From contig VFZL01000001.1 in assembly GCA_016871175.1 (NCBI GenBank), positions 64,218-128,217 on the forward strand: DNA of 64,000 nt, written 5' to 3'. A model generated the notes under the pieces. The model saw nothing but the letters and a program-made list of their open reading frames with translations. It did not search any database and was not told the DNA's origin. The position numbers were made by a program, and so were the translations under genes. Source of the DNA: Acidimicrobiia bacterium. GTDB taxonomy: Bacteria > Acidobacteriota > Vicinamibacteria > Vicinamibacterales > CAVVIG01. This document shows, piece after piece, positions 28,163 to 39,585 of this stretch. Numbering within the stretch: position 1 is the first letter of the stretch; each line of letters begins with the position of its first letter.

Positions 28163-28224
28163 CCCGCACAGGCTACTGTTCCAGGGTTCAAGGGTTCAAG
28201 CGATGGTGAGACCGATACCCACGA

Positions 28225-29304
28225 CTACGCGGCTGGCTTGGCCGCCTTCGGGTCGAAGCCGACGCGCTTCAGGAGCGTGTCCATGCCGCCCTTGTCCACG
28301 GCTTTCGCATAGGCCTCTTCGGGCGCAACGATCTTCTTCGCGACGAGGTCCATCAGCGCATCGTTCAGGCACACCATGCCGGCCGCCTTGCCGACCGCCT
28401 TGCCGACCTGCATCATCGAGTTGATCTGGAACGTCTTGCCATCGCGGATCAGGTTCGCGATCGCTTGATTCACCAGCAGCACTTCCAACGCCGCCGCACG
28501 CCCGCCACCGACCTTGCGACACAGGTTCTGCGCGATCACTCCCTTCAGCGATTCCGACAGCATGACGCGGATTTGTGCCTGCCGATCCGAGGGGAACTGA
28601 TCGATGAGCCGATCCACGGTCGCCGAGGCGGTCGTGGTGTGCAGTGTGCCCAGCACCAAGTGGCCCGTTTCGGCCGTCTCGATGGCGATCGCCACGGTTT
28701 CGAGATCCCGAAGCTCGCCCACGAGCACGATGTCCGGATCCTCACGGAGTGCGGCACGTAGCGCGTCCTTGAACGACTCCGTGTGCGTGCGCACCTCGCG
28801 CTGATTAATCAGGCACTTCTGGTTCTGATGCACGAACTCGATCGGGTCTTCGATCGTGATGACGTGATCGTTGCGCGTCCGATTGATGTAGTCCACCATC
28901 GCGCACAGTGTGGTCGACTTGCCAGAGCCCGTGGGGCCGGTGACGAGCACCAGGACCTTGTTCAATTGGCACAGCTGCAAAATATGCGGCGACAGCCCCA
29001 GCTGCTCGGCGGTCAGGATCTTCGCAGGGATGACACGAAACACCGCGCCGGGCCCTCGCCGATCGACGTAGACGTTCGCGCGGAACCGTGCGAGACCCGC
29101 AATCTCGTAGCCGAAGTCGGTGTCATGCCGCGCCTCGAACTCCTGCCGGTTCGTCTCCGGCATGACAGGCATCAGGAGCGCCTGCACGGCGGCAGCGTCT
29201 AGGGCCGGAAAGGTGGGCGACAAGGGCTGCATGTGCCCGTCCTTTCGAACAATCGGCGGCGCCCCGACGCAGATGTGGAGATCCGATGCGCCCACGGCGC
29301 ACAT
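28225..29304 (-). CDS. pilT: Type IV pilus retraction ATPase PilT (start codon problematic)
   Basis: Walker A GPTGSGKSTT, Asp box/Walker B DPDIVLVGELRD, His box GHLVLGTLHT, and PilT signature AIANLIRDGK. The only canonical start (ATG 29304) leaves just 5 residues before ASDLHI. PilT-like sequence (PAPIDQLFQQ) continues upstream in frame without ATG, GTG or TTG. Confidence 0.9.
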   Translation of the reverse strand: MCAVGASDLHICVGAPPIVRKDGHMQPLSPTFPALDAAAVQALLMPVMPETNRQEFEARHDTDFGYEIAGLARFRANVYVDRRGPGAVFRVIPAKILTAEQLGLSPHILQLCQLNKVLVLVTGPTGSGKSTTLCAMVDYINRTRNDHVITIEDPIEFVHQNQKCLINQREVRTHTESFKDALRAALREDPDIVLVGELRDLETVAIAIETAETGHLVLGTLHTTTASATVDRLIDQFPSDRQAQIRVMLSESLKGVIAQNLCRKVGGGRAAALEVLLVNQAIANLIRDGKTFQINSMMQVGKAVGKAAGMVCLNDALMDLVAKKIVAPEEAYAKAVDKGGMDTLLKRVGFDPKAAKPAA

Positions 29305-29834
29305 CTGTTGGAACAGTTGGTCAATTGGGGCCGGCTGGCTCGCGGACGCTCCAGTTCGATGATTTCGACCACATGGTTGATGTTGATGAGCAACGTGCCC
29401 TGCTCGGTCTCGAGATAGCGGAACACCGCTGGTTCCTGCGACCAGTCACTGACCCGGTTCCGACCATCGGGCTGATAGACCCGGATGCGGCCGGAAACAC
29501 GCTCGCCACCCGTCAGGACGAGTGAGACGGCGCGAACACGAGCGACTTCGTAGCCCGGCACTTCGCGGGCCCCATCGTGGAACAGCCTGGCGAGCGTGAC
29601 GTGGTCGACGCTGTAGAGCACGACCCGCCGCTGGCCATCCTCCATCCGTTCGAACGGGAAGAACCCCCTAGTCTGGTTCAGCAGGTCGTCCACTCGCTCC
29701 GGGCCGTCACCCACGATGGTGCTGTCGGCCAGAAAGAGAGATCCCCGCACGCTTTGACCCGTTGTCAGCGTCAGCGCGGCTTCGACACGCCGCTTGTCCA
29801 TCCGGAAGGGTGAGGCGGTCTGAAAGGAGAGCAT
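29199..29834 (-). CDS. Unknown protein made of two ~70-aa internal repeats; 3' end runs 106 nt into pilT in another frame
   Basis: ATG at 29834 (MLSFQTASPF...). Repeat 1 is RRVEAALTLTTGQSVRGSLF...ERVDDLLN...FFPFE...VVLYSVDHVTLARL. Repeat 2 is ARVRAVSLVLTGGERVSGRIRV...NRVSDWSQ...FRYLE...TLLININHVVEIIEL. After ...IIELERP the frame becomes Arg/Cys-rich junk. Confidence 0.5.
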   Translation of the reverse strand: MLSFQTASPFRMDKRRVEAALTLTTGQSVRGSLFLADSTIVGDGPERVDDLLNQTRGFFPFERMEDGQRRVVLYSVDHVTLARLFHDGAREVPGYEVARVRAVSLVLTGGERVSGRIRVYQPDGRNRVSDWSQEPAVFRYLETEQGTLLININHVVEIIELERPRASRPQLTNCSNRCAPWAHRISTSASGRRRLFERTGTCSPCRPPFRP

Positions 29835-29924
29835 CCACCAGGAGTTTCGGCACTGGGGCCCCCCAACAAGAGGCCCACGCCCTCGCACACGGGTGCACGG
29901 CATGCCCCGCCGCTGTACCTGTAA

Positions 29925-31373
29925 CTACCGGTGCACCGCTCTTCTCAGCTCCTCGAACGGCACCACGCTGCCGTGCAGCGGCACGACATGGTCGACGACC
30001 AGACCCCGGCGTTCGACGTTCTCCAACAAGTTCGTGGCAAATGGGGCCAGTGCGTTTGGCGTGAACGCGTCCGCCTCGATCAACAGACGATGTTTCGGCA
30101 CGTACGCCATCAACATCGTCGAGCTGTGTGGGCTGCCCGCGACGTGGAACAGCCGGACGTCTCCGGCCAAGTCGTGGGCGTCGCTCACGGTCTCGACCGT
30201 GAGCGGTCTGGGTTGTCGAGCCAACGTGTCAGGGTGTCTGGAGTGGGCACGCGCGACGATCTCCTTCACGAACGCTTCGTTGCCCACATGCGTGACGACC
30301 GCCAGCCCCTCGGCGACGGCGGCGCGTAAACCGGCCGCGTGATCGAAGTGATGGTGCGTGTTGACCACCCGCTTGAGCGGCTTGCCGGGTCTGAGCTCGC
30401 GGGCCCGTCGGATGACTGCCAGCGTGCGCGCCTCGTGTTGCGGTGCTTCGATGAGCAGGAGCTCCTCCGGGAGCTCGACCACCGCGCTGTGATGCGACTG
30501 CCCGGCGATGAGCCACACGCCTGGCGCGATCTCCATGTCGTCAAGGACTGGTTGAGGCACCGACGGAGCCGGCCGGGACGCGACCGCATCCTCGGGAGCG
30601 GCCATGTCGCCAACGACTCCATCGACCTCCAGGTTCGTCATCCTGAGATCGGCCGTGACGAACCGATCCGTCTTCGCGATGATATGGGCGGGAAGCTTGG
30701 TCCCGCTTACGTCGCGATAGTCCGAAAACTGCGTCTCGACCGTCACATCGCCGAGGTTCGGGTCGTAGGACGGTGAGCTGACGCGCGTCGGAAGGTGGGT
30801 CGTTGCGTCGATCGCGAGCGTTATGGCGACACCGCTGGCCGTCGTGACGTCGATGGCGGTTTCCTGCCCTTCGCTGCGGGCCGGGGCCAATCGCGCTCCA
30901 GGGTCGAGCGCCGCCCGAACCGCCGATACGGGGTGATGCAGCATCTCCACACGCCGCTGACGTGTGACGGCCTCAGACATGCGCACGGCGGCGCCGAGCG
31001 GGGAGGTGTTGTAGCCGATGTCGCCGTCGACGCCCATGACCTGCTTCTGTGGTTCTTGGCCTTGAAAGTACAGAAAGCCTGGCGTGCGGGTCTGTTCGGT
31101 GCGCAGGGTGTTGGCGGAGAAGCTGATGACGCGTCGGTACCCGGTGATCGTGAACGTCTGACTGGTCGCCTCGGGCGTCAGGTCTTGTCCGAGGTTGCCA
31201 TTCGTCCCCTCCCCCTCCATGGCGATGGACTTGAGCGAGCGAAGTCGGTCGAGGCCGCCGAGGGCCGCTGCGGCCTGTTCAATGACCTGTTGGGACGTGC
31301 CCTGGCTCGATCCGCACGCGCCGACCACCAGGCATGCTGCGACAACCACGGCGGCAAAGCCACGCATACACAC
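29925..31373 (-). CDS. Lipoprotein with N-terminal beta-rich domain and C-terminal MBL-fold hydrolase domain
   Basis: Lipobox in MCMRGFAAVVVAACLVVGACGSS. HxHxDH motif VVNTHHHFDHAAG. Confidence 0.8.
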   Translation of the reverse strand: MCMRGFAAVVVAACLVVGACGSSQGTSQQVIEQAAAALGGLDRLRSLKSIAMEGEGTNGNLGQDLTPEATSQTFTITGYRRVISFSANTLRTEQTRTPGFLYFQGQEPQKQVMGVDGDIGYNTSPLGAAVRMSEAVTRQRRVEMLHHPVSAVRAALDPGARLAPARSEGQETAIDVTTASGVAITLAIDATTHLPTRVSSPSYDPNLGDVTVETQFSDYRDVSGTKLPAHIIAKTDRFVTADLRMTNLEVDGVVGDMAAPEDAVASRPAPSVPQPVLDDMEIAPGVWLIAGQSHHSAVVELPEELLLIEAPQHEARTLAVIRRARELRPGKPLKRVVNTHHHFDHAAGLRAAVAEGLAVVTHVGNEAFVKEIVARAHSRHPDTLARQPRPLTVETVSDAHDLAGDVRLFHVAGSPHSSTMLMAYVPKHRLLIEADAFTPNALAPFATNLLENVERRGLVVDHVVPLHGSVVPFEELRRAVHR

Positions 31374-31581
31374 CCTCCGCTCGTCCGGCGAGTATAGGAC
31401 AGTCCGTCCGCGCGTTCAGCGCCCGCCGGCGCTGCGCTGCCCCAGTCCGGTCGCCCGGCGTTCAACAGCGGCCACGCGCCGGGCTGAGCGCTGACAGTCG
31501 ATGTCAGTCAGGGCCGACGAAAATCGTCAGCGCTCCCTGAGCGCGATTCGTACAGCTGCACACGGGCACACCCGCGAGGAG

Positions 31582-31597
31582 CGGCACACGCCTTGCC
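31582..31597 (+). promoter_or_regulatory. Sigma-54-type promoter candidate upstream of the pilin gene
   Basis: CGGCAC-ACGCC-TTGCC matches TGGCAC-N5-TTGC, with GG at 31583-84 and GC at 31595-96. Caveat: the GC lies only 17 nt from the GTG start at 31613, implying a ~5-nt leader. Confidence 0.4.
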
Positions 31598-31612
31598 GCT
31601 CGCCCGTCTGCT

Positions 31613-32140
31613 GTGCGTCCCAACCTTACCCGTGAGGCCGGGTTCACCCTCATCGAGCTCCTGATCGTTGTCGCAATCTTGGGCGTGCTAGCGGCAATCG
31701 CGGGGAACCGGATGATGCGTGCGAAGATGTCTGCCGAAGAGGCGTCGGCCGTCACGGCGCTCCGCAATATCAACTCGAGCCAGGCGAGCTTCGCGTCGAC
31801 CTGCGGCGGCGACCACTACGCCGCCGACCTGGCAGACCTCGCGCTGCCGCCACCAGGGTCGGTGTCAGCCTTCATCAGTCCAGACCTCTCCTCGAATGGG
31901 ATTCGCAAGGGGGGCTACTCGTTCTCGCTCGCCCGCAGCGGAGAGGCCGGCACGACCGACAGTCCGACGCCCCGGCGTAATGGGGGATCGACGCCGGTGT
32001 CGAGCTACCACGCCAGCGCCGACGTGATCGGTTTTTCAGGCGCACGCTATTTCGCGACCGACAGGCGCGGAACGGTGTACGAGGACATCAACGGTCCGCT
32101 GACGAATCCGATTCCCTCCACGGCCACACCTTTCAAATAG
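31613..32140 (+). CDS. Type IV pilin / pseudopilin (prepilin-type N-terminal methylation domain)
   Basis: Leader (M)RPNLTREAG, cleavage before FTLIELLIVVAILGVLAAIA (G-1, F+1, E+5). 175 aa. GTG start. Confidence 0.8.
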   Translation: MRPNLTREAGFTLIELLIVVAILGVLAAIAGNRMMRAKMSAEEASAVTALRNINSSQASFASTCGGDHYAADLADLALPPPGSVSAFISPDLSSNGIRKGGYSFSLARSGEAGTTDSPTPRRNGGSTPVSSYHASADVIGFSGARYFATDRRGTVYEDINGPLTNPIPSTATPFK

Positions 32141-32147
32141 CGCGGGT

Positions 32148-32163
32148 CGGCCCATCAGGGCCG
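32148..32163 (+). terminator. GC hairpin after the pilin gene
   Basis: CGGCCC-atca-GGGCCG, a 6-bp stem 8 nt after the pilin TAG. No U-tract. Confidence 0.3.
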
Positions 32164-32178
32164 CGACATAATGTCGGG

Positions 32179-33093
32179 ATGCACACACTTGCGCCCGGCG
32201 TCGCGTACATCGATCTGGAGTTCCTGAACGTTCCGCGCGTCATTGCGACGGGTGTGTTGCACGATGTCAGCGGCGTCGCGCTGATCGACCCCGGTCCTTC
32301 GACCACCGTGTCGACGTTGACGAAGCGGCTCGAGGCCAGCGGCATTCGTCTCGCAGACGTCACGGCCATCCTCCTCACGCACATCCACCTCGACCACGCC
32401 GGCGTGACAGGGAGCCTCGTGCGTGCGCACCCGCATATTCGCGTCTTCGTGCACGAAGCCGGGGCGCCGCACGTGGTCGATCCGTCGAAGCTCTTGTCGA
32501 GCGCCACCCGCCTCTATGGAGCTGACATGGATCGGTTGTGGGGCGAGGTGCTCCCCGTGCCGCAAGGCGCGCTCAGCATCCTGCGTGGTGGGGAGCGAAT
32601 CACCGCCGGCGGCCGGTCGCTGGACGTGGCGTACACCCCGGGCCACGCGTCACATCACGTGAGCTACTTTGGTGCCGACGCCGGCTTGGCCTTCGTCGGC
32701 GACACCGCCGGTGTGTGCCTGGCTCCGTGCAACTACGTGTTGCCGCCCACGCCTCCTCCCGACATCGATCTCGAGGCCTGGGACCGTAGTCTGGCGCTGT
32801 ACGAGTCGTGGCGGCCGGAGACCCTGTTCTTGACCCATTTCGGGCCGAGCCGGTTCATCGGCGCGCACCTCGCGGGGTTCCGCGCGAACCTGACTTCCAT
32901 GGCGGATCTGGTGAAGCAATCGCTGGGTCGCGAGGGGACAGACGAAGACCGCGAACGCTGGGCGGTCGAACAGTTCAGGCTGGTGCTGACCCGACGACTT
33001 GGGATCGACGAGGCGCACACATACGAGACCGCGGGCCGATCGGACCTCAGTTACCGTGGGCTGGCGCGCTACTGGAAAAAGCGCTCTTCGTGA
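32179..33093 (+). CDS. MBL-fold metallo-hydrolase
   Basis: 304-aa ORF. HxHxDH motif LLTHIHLDHAGV. Downstream TPGHASHH. Confidence 0.85.
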   Translation: MHTLAPGVAYIDLEFLNVPRVIATGVLHDVSGVALIDPGPSTTVSTLTKRLEASGIRLADVTAILLTHIHLDHAGVTGSLVRAHPHIRVFVHEAGAPHVVDPSKLLSSATRLYGADMDRLWGEVLPVPQGALSILRGGERITAGGRSLDVAYTPGHASHHVSYFGADAGLAFVGDTAGVCLAPCNYVLPPTPPPDIDLEAWDRSLALYESWRPETLFLTHFGPSRFIGAHLAGFRANLTSMADLVKQSLGREGTDEDRERWAVEQFRLVLTRRLGIDEAHTYETAGRSDLSYRGLARYWKKRSS

Positions 33094-33159
33094 CTGCCCG
33101 AAGCAACAGAACCCGGGCGCCAGCGACGACGCGGCGAGCGCGACGTACCGACGGATGTC

Positions 33160-33579
33160 TCAGGCCGTCGCGCGGACGCGCAATGGAAGAGATGGCTCGG
33201 TGATCGTGGCGCGGCGCTTCGGATCGACCATCAGACGAAGCGCGAACCCCTGACCGCGGCCACGGGCATCCGGAGGCTGCACGCGGTAGACGGCCGCCGT
33301 CAAACGGCCCTGCTTCAATGTCTCGGGCAGGTGAGCGTCCCCCTTGACCTCTCGTTCCAACTGGAACTGGACGAGGCGATACAACGACAGGGAGACCGGG
33401 CACGAGCATTCCACGTAGGCGCCGAGCTCGCTCACGTTGCGGGTCATCACGGTTGCAAAGCGAACCGCTCCCTGTTGATCCTTCCATGTCAGGCGGGCGG
33501 GCAGCGCGACAGCGACGCGCTCGGCGGCTCGATTCGCATTGGCTGAACGATAGGGCGGCTCCACAACTTGTCTGTGCAT
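33160..33579 (-). CDS. Stand-alone PilZ-domain protein (139 aa)
   Basis: ATG at 33579 follows GGGAGG. RAAER (RxxxR) and NVSELG (D/NxSxxG). Upstream track codons are non-coding-like. Confidence 0.7.
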   Translation of the reverse strand: MHRQVVEPPYRSANANRAAERVAVALPARLTWKDQQGAVRFATVMTRNVSELGAYVECSCPVSLSLYRLVQFQLEREVKGDAHLPETLKQGRLTAAVYRVQPPDARGRGQGFALRLMVDPKRRATITEPSLPLRVRATA

Positions 33580-33608
33580 CAGGGTTGCCTCCCGGGGGCG
33601 CGCATCAT

Positions 33609-33626
33609 GTGCCCCTACTGATCCAA
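33609..33626 (-). promoter_or_regulatory. Weak sigma-54-like promoter candidate upstream of the PilZ gene
   Basis: Minus strand reads TTGGATCAGTAGGGGCAC, with GG at 33624-23 and GC at 33612-11 (correct 12-nt register). The -24 element matches 4/6 and the -12 element reads GGGCA. The predicted ~20-nt leader contains the RBS. Confidence 0.3.
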
Positions 33627-33743
33627 GTTCGGATCCGCGTGCAAGGTTGTGTAGGCCTTCGCAGAAGGCTGACTGCAAGTGCCTCTTATTGCTTGTATTA
33701 GCCGAAAGCGCCCCGTCTGACGCTGAGGGGCGACTGCATACTT

Positions 33744-33783
33744 GGTATCCAGAGCAGGTGGGAACTGGATACCCAGTATCCAG
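33744..33783. repeat. Three copies of the 8-mer GTATCCAG (two direct, one inverted) in 40 bp; possible activator-binding site
   Basis: GTATCCAG at 33745-52 and 33776-83. CTGGATAC (inverted) at 33765-72. The 9-bp arms GGTATCCAG/CTGGATACC are separated by 12 nt. Located 120-160 bp upstream of the sigma-54-like site and abutting the activator gene's stop codon. Confidence 0.45.
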
Positions 33784-33785
33784 TA

Positions 33786-36720
<2,935 letters not shown>

Positions 36721-36744
36721 GGTCGGGAGTATAGCTCAGGGATT

Positions 36745-38535
36745 TCAGCTGTTTCGGACCTCGTCGAGCGAGGCGAGGAGTGGCTGCAGCGCACGCTCGA
36801 CGAGCGCGGGCGTTGGATCGGGCAGGTGGACGTGCAACGCGCGTCGCCCGGTGGCATCGAGCGACAGGAAGTCGCCGATCGCCTGCGCCAGCTCCAACGT
36901 GCCAAACGAGAATGCCTCTCCCGGAATCGGGAAGTCGACATGCGGTAACGACGAGACCAGGACGAACACACCGGTGTTCGGACCGCCCTTGTGCAACTGG
37001 CCGGTCGAGTGCAGATACCTCGGTCCGTAGCCGAACATCGTGGCGTGTCTCGTGCGGTCGCGTACGGCCATGCGAAGCGCGTGGAGCGGAGCTGCCAGCG
37101 CCGGGTCGGGACCGAGGTACGCCAACAACGAGACGTAGTCGGACGGCTCGAGGAGGGTGAAAAGCGCCCGCGGATCTCGATCCCCCAGCGCGACTCGGGC
37201 CGCCTCGGTGATCGCAAACCGGATGTCATCGTCTCTCCGCGCCGCGGGCGGAAAGGTCAATTGACCGTCTTGTTTGAAGCGCGTGAGGAGGACCCGCGTG
37301 GCCTCCTTGGCCTGCGACACGTTCGGTTCATCGAACGGATTGATACCCAGGAGCGCGCCAGCCACCGCAGTGGCGACCTCCCAACGGACGAACTCCGCGC
37401 CGAGTGCCGCAGGCTCAGGCATCGTGATGTCGACGACGGGTGCTTGGCGGGTCTGCAACGTGTCGATCAGGGCATCGAGCCGGGCCTCGCTCTCACCCGG
37501 TGTGTCGGGAAAGGCCAATCGCATCCTGACGTACAGCCTGTCGTCGCCGTAGACGTCGACCGGTCCTGGCGTCTCACCGGTGATTGGGATCACTCCGACA
37601 CTGTGCTTGCCCGTGCTTTCAGCGACGAGTTGCTCGATCCACAGTCCGAACGGTTCGAGGGCCGCCGGCACGAGCAAGGTGAGCTTGTCATGACGCTGCT
37701 GCGCTCCGGCGGCGAGCGCGACCCCCAAGGCGACGGCATCCGGCGTCGCGGTCTCTTCGCCCGGCTCGGTCGCTGCGAACATCGCCAGGCCATACCCAAC
37801 CAGGGCCGCCACGTCCTGGCCCATGAGCGCGGCTGGCACGAGGCCGAAGTACGACAGCGCAGAATATCGGCCACCGATGTCGGTCGGGTTGATGAACACC
37901 TCGCGAAACTGACGCCGACGCGCTTGAGCCTCGAGTTCCGTTCCCTCGTCTGTGATCGCGATGAAGTGGCTCGCCCAGGGCGACGCACCGGCGTGCTCGA
38001 GCTCCTGGCGGAAGTACGCCGCGAGCGAGTTCGGCTCGATGGTGGTGCCTGACTTGCTCGCGAAGATGTAGAGGGTGGCGCGGGGGTCGGTCTTGACCGC
38101 GAGCACGGAGGCCGGGTCGGTCGAATCGAGCATGTGGAGCCGGAGCCAACCAGGCGCTGTACCGATGATCGCCCGGAGCACCTCAGGCGCGAGGCTCGAC
38201 CCGCCCATGCCCAGCAGGACCACGTCCGTGAATCCGGCGCGGCGCACGTCATCGGCGAAGGTCGTCAGGCGGGCGAGGTTGTCGGCCATCAGGCCGGGCG
38301 AATCGAGCCAACCAAGGCGCCGCGCGATCGTGGCCTGTACGCCCGGATCGGATGACCAGACGCTCACGTCGCGTCGCCAGAGGCCGGCCGTCGTGCGGCG
38401 AGCGGCCGCGTCGTATGTCGCCAAGGCCGGCGTCAGCCGACCCGCAGACGGGCGGTATCCTCGTTGAAGACGGTCGCGTCGACGCGCAATATCCAGCGCG
38501 GGCCAGCGAGTGATGCAGTCGTGAGCGGAGGACAT
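36745..38535 (-). CDS. pgi: Glucose-6-phosphate isomerase
   Basis: RRLGWLDSP..., DVVLLGMGGSSLAPEVL and FASKSGTTIEP are SIS/PGI signatures. ATG at 38535 is chosen as the start; the upstream track codons are Arg/Ser-rich. Confidence 0.8.
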   Translation of the reverse strand: MSSAHDCITRWPALDIARRRDRLQRGYRPSAGRLTPALATYDAAARRTTAGLWRRDVSVWSSDPGVQATIARRLGWLDSPGLMADNLARLTTFADDVRRAGFTDVVLLGMGGSSLAPEVLRAIIGTAPGWLRLHMLDSTDPASVLAVKTDPRATLYIFASKSGTTIEPNSLAAYFRQELEHAGASPWASHFIAITDEGTELEAQARRRQFREVFINPTDIGGRYSALSYFGLVPAALMGQDVAALVGYGLAMFAATEPGEETATPDAVALGVALAAGAQQRHDKLTLLVPAALEPFGLWIEQLVAESTGKHSVGVIPITGETPGPVDVYGDDRLYVRMRLAFPDTPGESEARLDALIDTLQTRQAPVVDITMPEPAALGAEFVRWEVATAVAGALLGINPFDEPNVSQAKEATRVLLTRFKQDGQLTFPPAARRDDDIRFAITEAARVALGDRDPRALFTLLEPSDYVSLLAYLGPDPALAAPLHALRMAVRDRTRHATMFGYGPRYLHSTGQLHKGGPNTGVFVLVSSLPHVDFPIPGEAFSFGTLELAQAIGDFLSLDATGRRALHVHLPDPTPALVERALQPLLASLDEVRNS

Positions 38536-38596
38536 GACAGGTAGAATACTGAAAGATACTGACGCGCGGGCGGTCGAGACGCCGCGCGACCGGAGC

Positions 38597-38848
38597 ATGG
38601 CCCGAGGTTTCGAAAGCAAGGACGTTGAGTTCCAACAGGCGGAGGCCGAGCGCCGCGAGCCGGCGCGCGGGCCTGTATCCGCGGAGGAAGGCACCCGGGA
38701 GGCGGCTCGGCGCACGGTCGAACTGGCGCTGTTTCAGGCACGCGCGGAGCTCGCGCGAACGAGGTCTTCTGTACGGCGCGACGCCTTGTCTCGCGCCGTG
38801 GTGGACCTCGAGACGCAGCTTGGCGTGACGCCGGATTCACGCCGATGA
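38597..38848 (+). CDS. Small hypothetical protein (83 aa), helical/charged
   Basis: ATG at 38597 (MARGFESKDVEFQQAEAERRE...). TAGAAT -10-like box at 38542-47 upstream. Its stop overlaps the next ATG (ATGA). Confidence 0.4.
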   Translation: MARGFESKDVEFQQAEAERREPARGPVSAEEGTREAARRTVELALFQARAELARTRSSVRRDALSRAVVDLETQLGVTPDSRR

Positions 38849-39585
38849 CGTACAGGCGCGTCGTTCGGACGGCCCTTCGATGGACGTACGGGCTGAGCCT
38901 CTTGTCGGCGGCATGCGGATCGGCTGGCTCCGACGATGTCTCGCCGCCGAGATCGATGTTGAGCCCTCCCGTCAAGTCCGCGCCCGATCACAGGCCCCGC
39001 TTGGTTGTTCTCGGCGACAGCCTGACAGCGGGCCTGGGTTTGGACGTGAAGGACGCTTACCCGACGCTGTTGCAGCAGAAGCTGCATGCGGCAGGCATCG
39101 ATCTGCGGGTAGTCAATGCCGGGATCTCGGGCGACACCTCAGCCGGCGGGCTGAGCCGAGTCGATCTCGCGCTCGAAGGGGACGTGCGCCTCATGCTCTT
39201 GGCCCTGGGTGGTAACGACGCGTTGCGCGCGTTGCCTGTCGAGGAGCTGCGCCGGAATCTGAGCACGATCATCGAACGCGCACAGGCGCGTGGTGTGACC
39301 GTCATCCTGGCCGGCATGGAAGCGCCGCCCAATTTCGGACAGGACTACACCGCGGCGTTTCGTGAGGTGTACATGTCACTGGCGGAGCAGTACAAGGTGC
39401 CGTTCGTCCCGTTCCTCCTTCACGGTGTCGCAGGCGTGGACCGATTGAATCAGCCTGACGGCATCCACCCGACGGCAGAGGGCGCGCGCGTCATTGCGGA
39501 TCACGTCTGGCCGATCATCGAGCCATTGGCCCGCGTCGCAACCGCACGAAAGCCGTCCGGCGCACGAGGGGCACCTCGCGGATGA
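38845..39585 (+). CDS. SGNH/GDSL hydrolase (TesA/lysophospholipase L1-like)
   Basis: Block I VVLGDSLTAG, block III GGNDAL, block V DGIHPT. N-terminal signal-like segment. Confidence 0.85.
   Translation: MTYRRVVRTALRWTYGLSLLSAACGSAGSDDVSPPRSMLSPPVKSAPDHRPRLVVLGDSLTAGLGLDVKDAYPTLLQQKLHAAGIDLRVVNAGISGDTSAGGLSRVDLALEGDVRLMLLALGGNDALRALPVEELRRNLSTIIERAQARGVTVILAGMEAPPNFGQDYTAAFREVYMSLAEQYKVPFVPFLLHGVAGVDRLNQPDGIHPTAEGARVIADHVWPIIEPLARVATARKPSGARGAPRG

Noticed and set aside
28183-28200. Tandem AGGGTTCA-AGGGTTCA-AG after pilT, sharing the 13-mer AGGGTTCAAGGGT with the intergenic region at 1485-1497
   Set aside because: A single shared 13-mer is within chance expectation for all-against-all comparison of 64 kb on both strands. 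No extended similarity flanks it. It is noted only as a possible short intergenic motif.
33674-33683. GGCAC directly abutting TTGCA (minus strand) as a sigma-54 promoter
   Set aside because: The two half-sites have no N5 spacer, so the -24/-12 register is impossible.
36732-36740. TAGCTCAGG string resembling a tRNA D-arm; also GGTTCGAGCC near 19815
   Set aside because: No acceptor stem, anticodon arm or T-arm pairing could be built around either string. The second lies inside the UbiD-family coding sequence.
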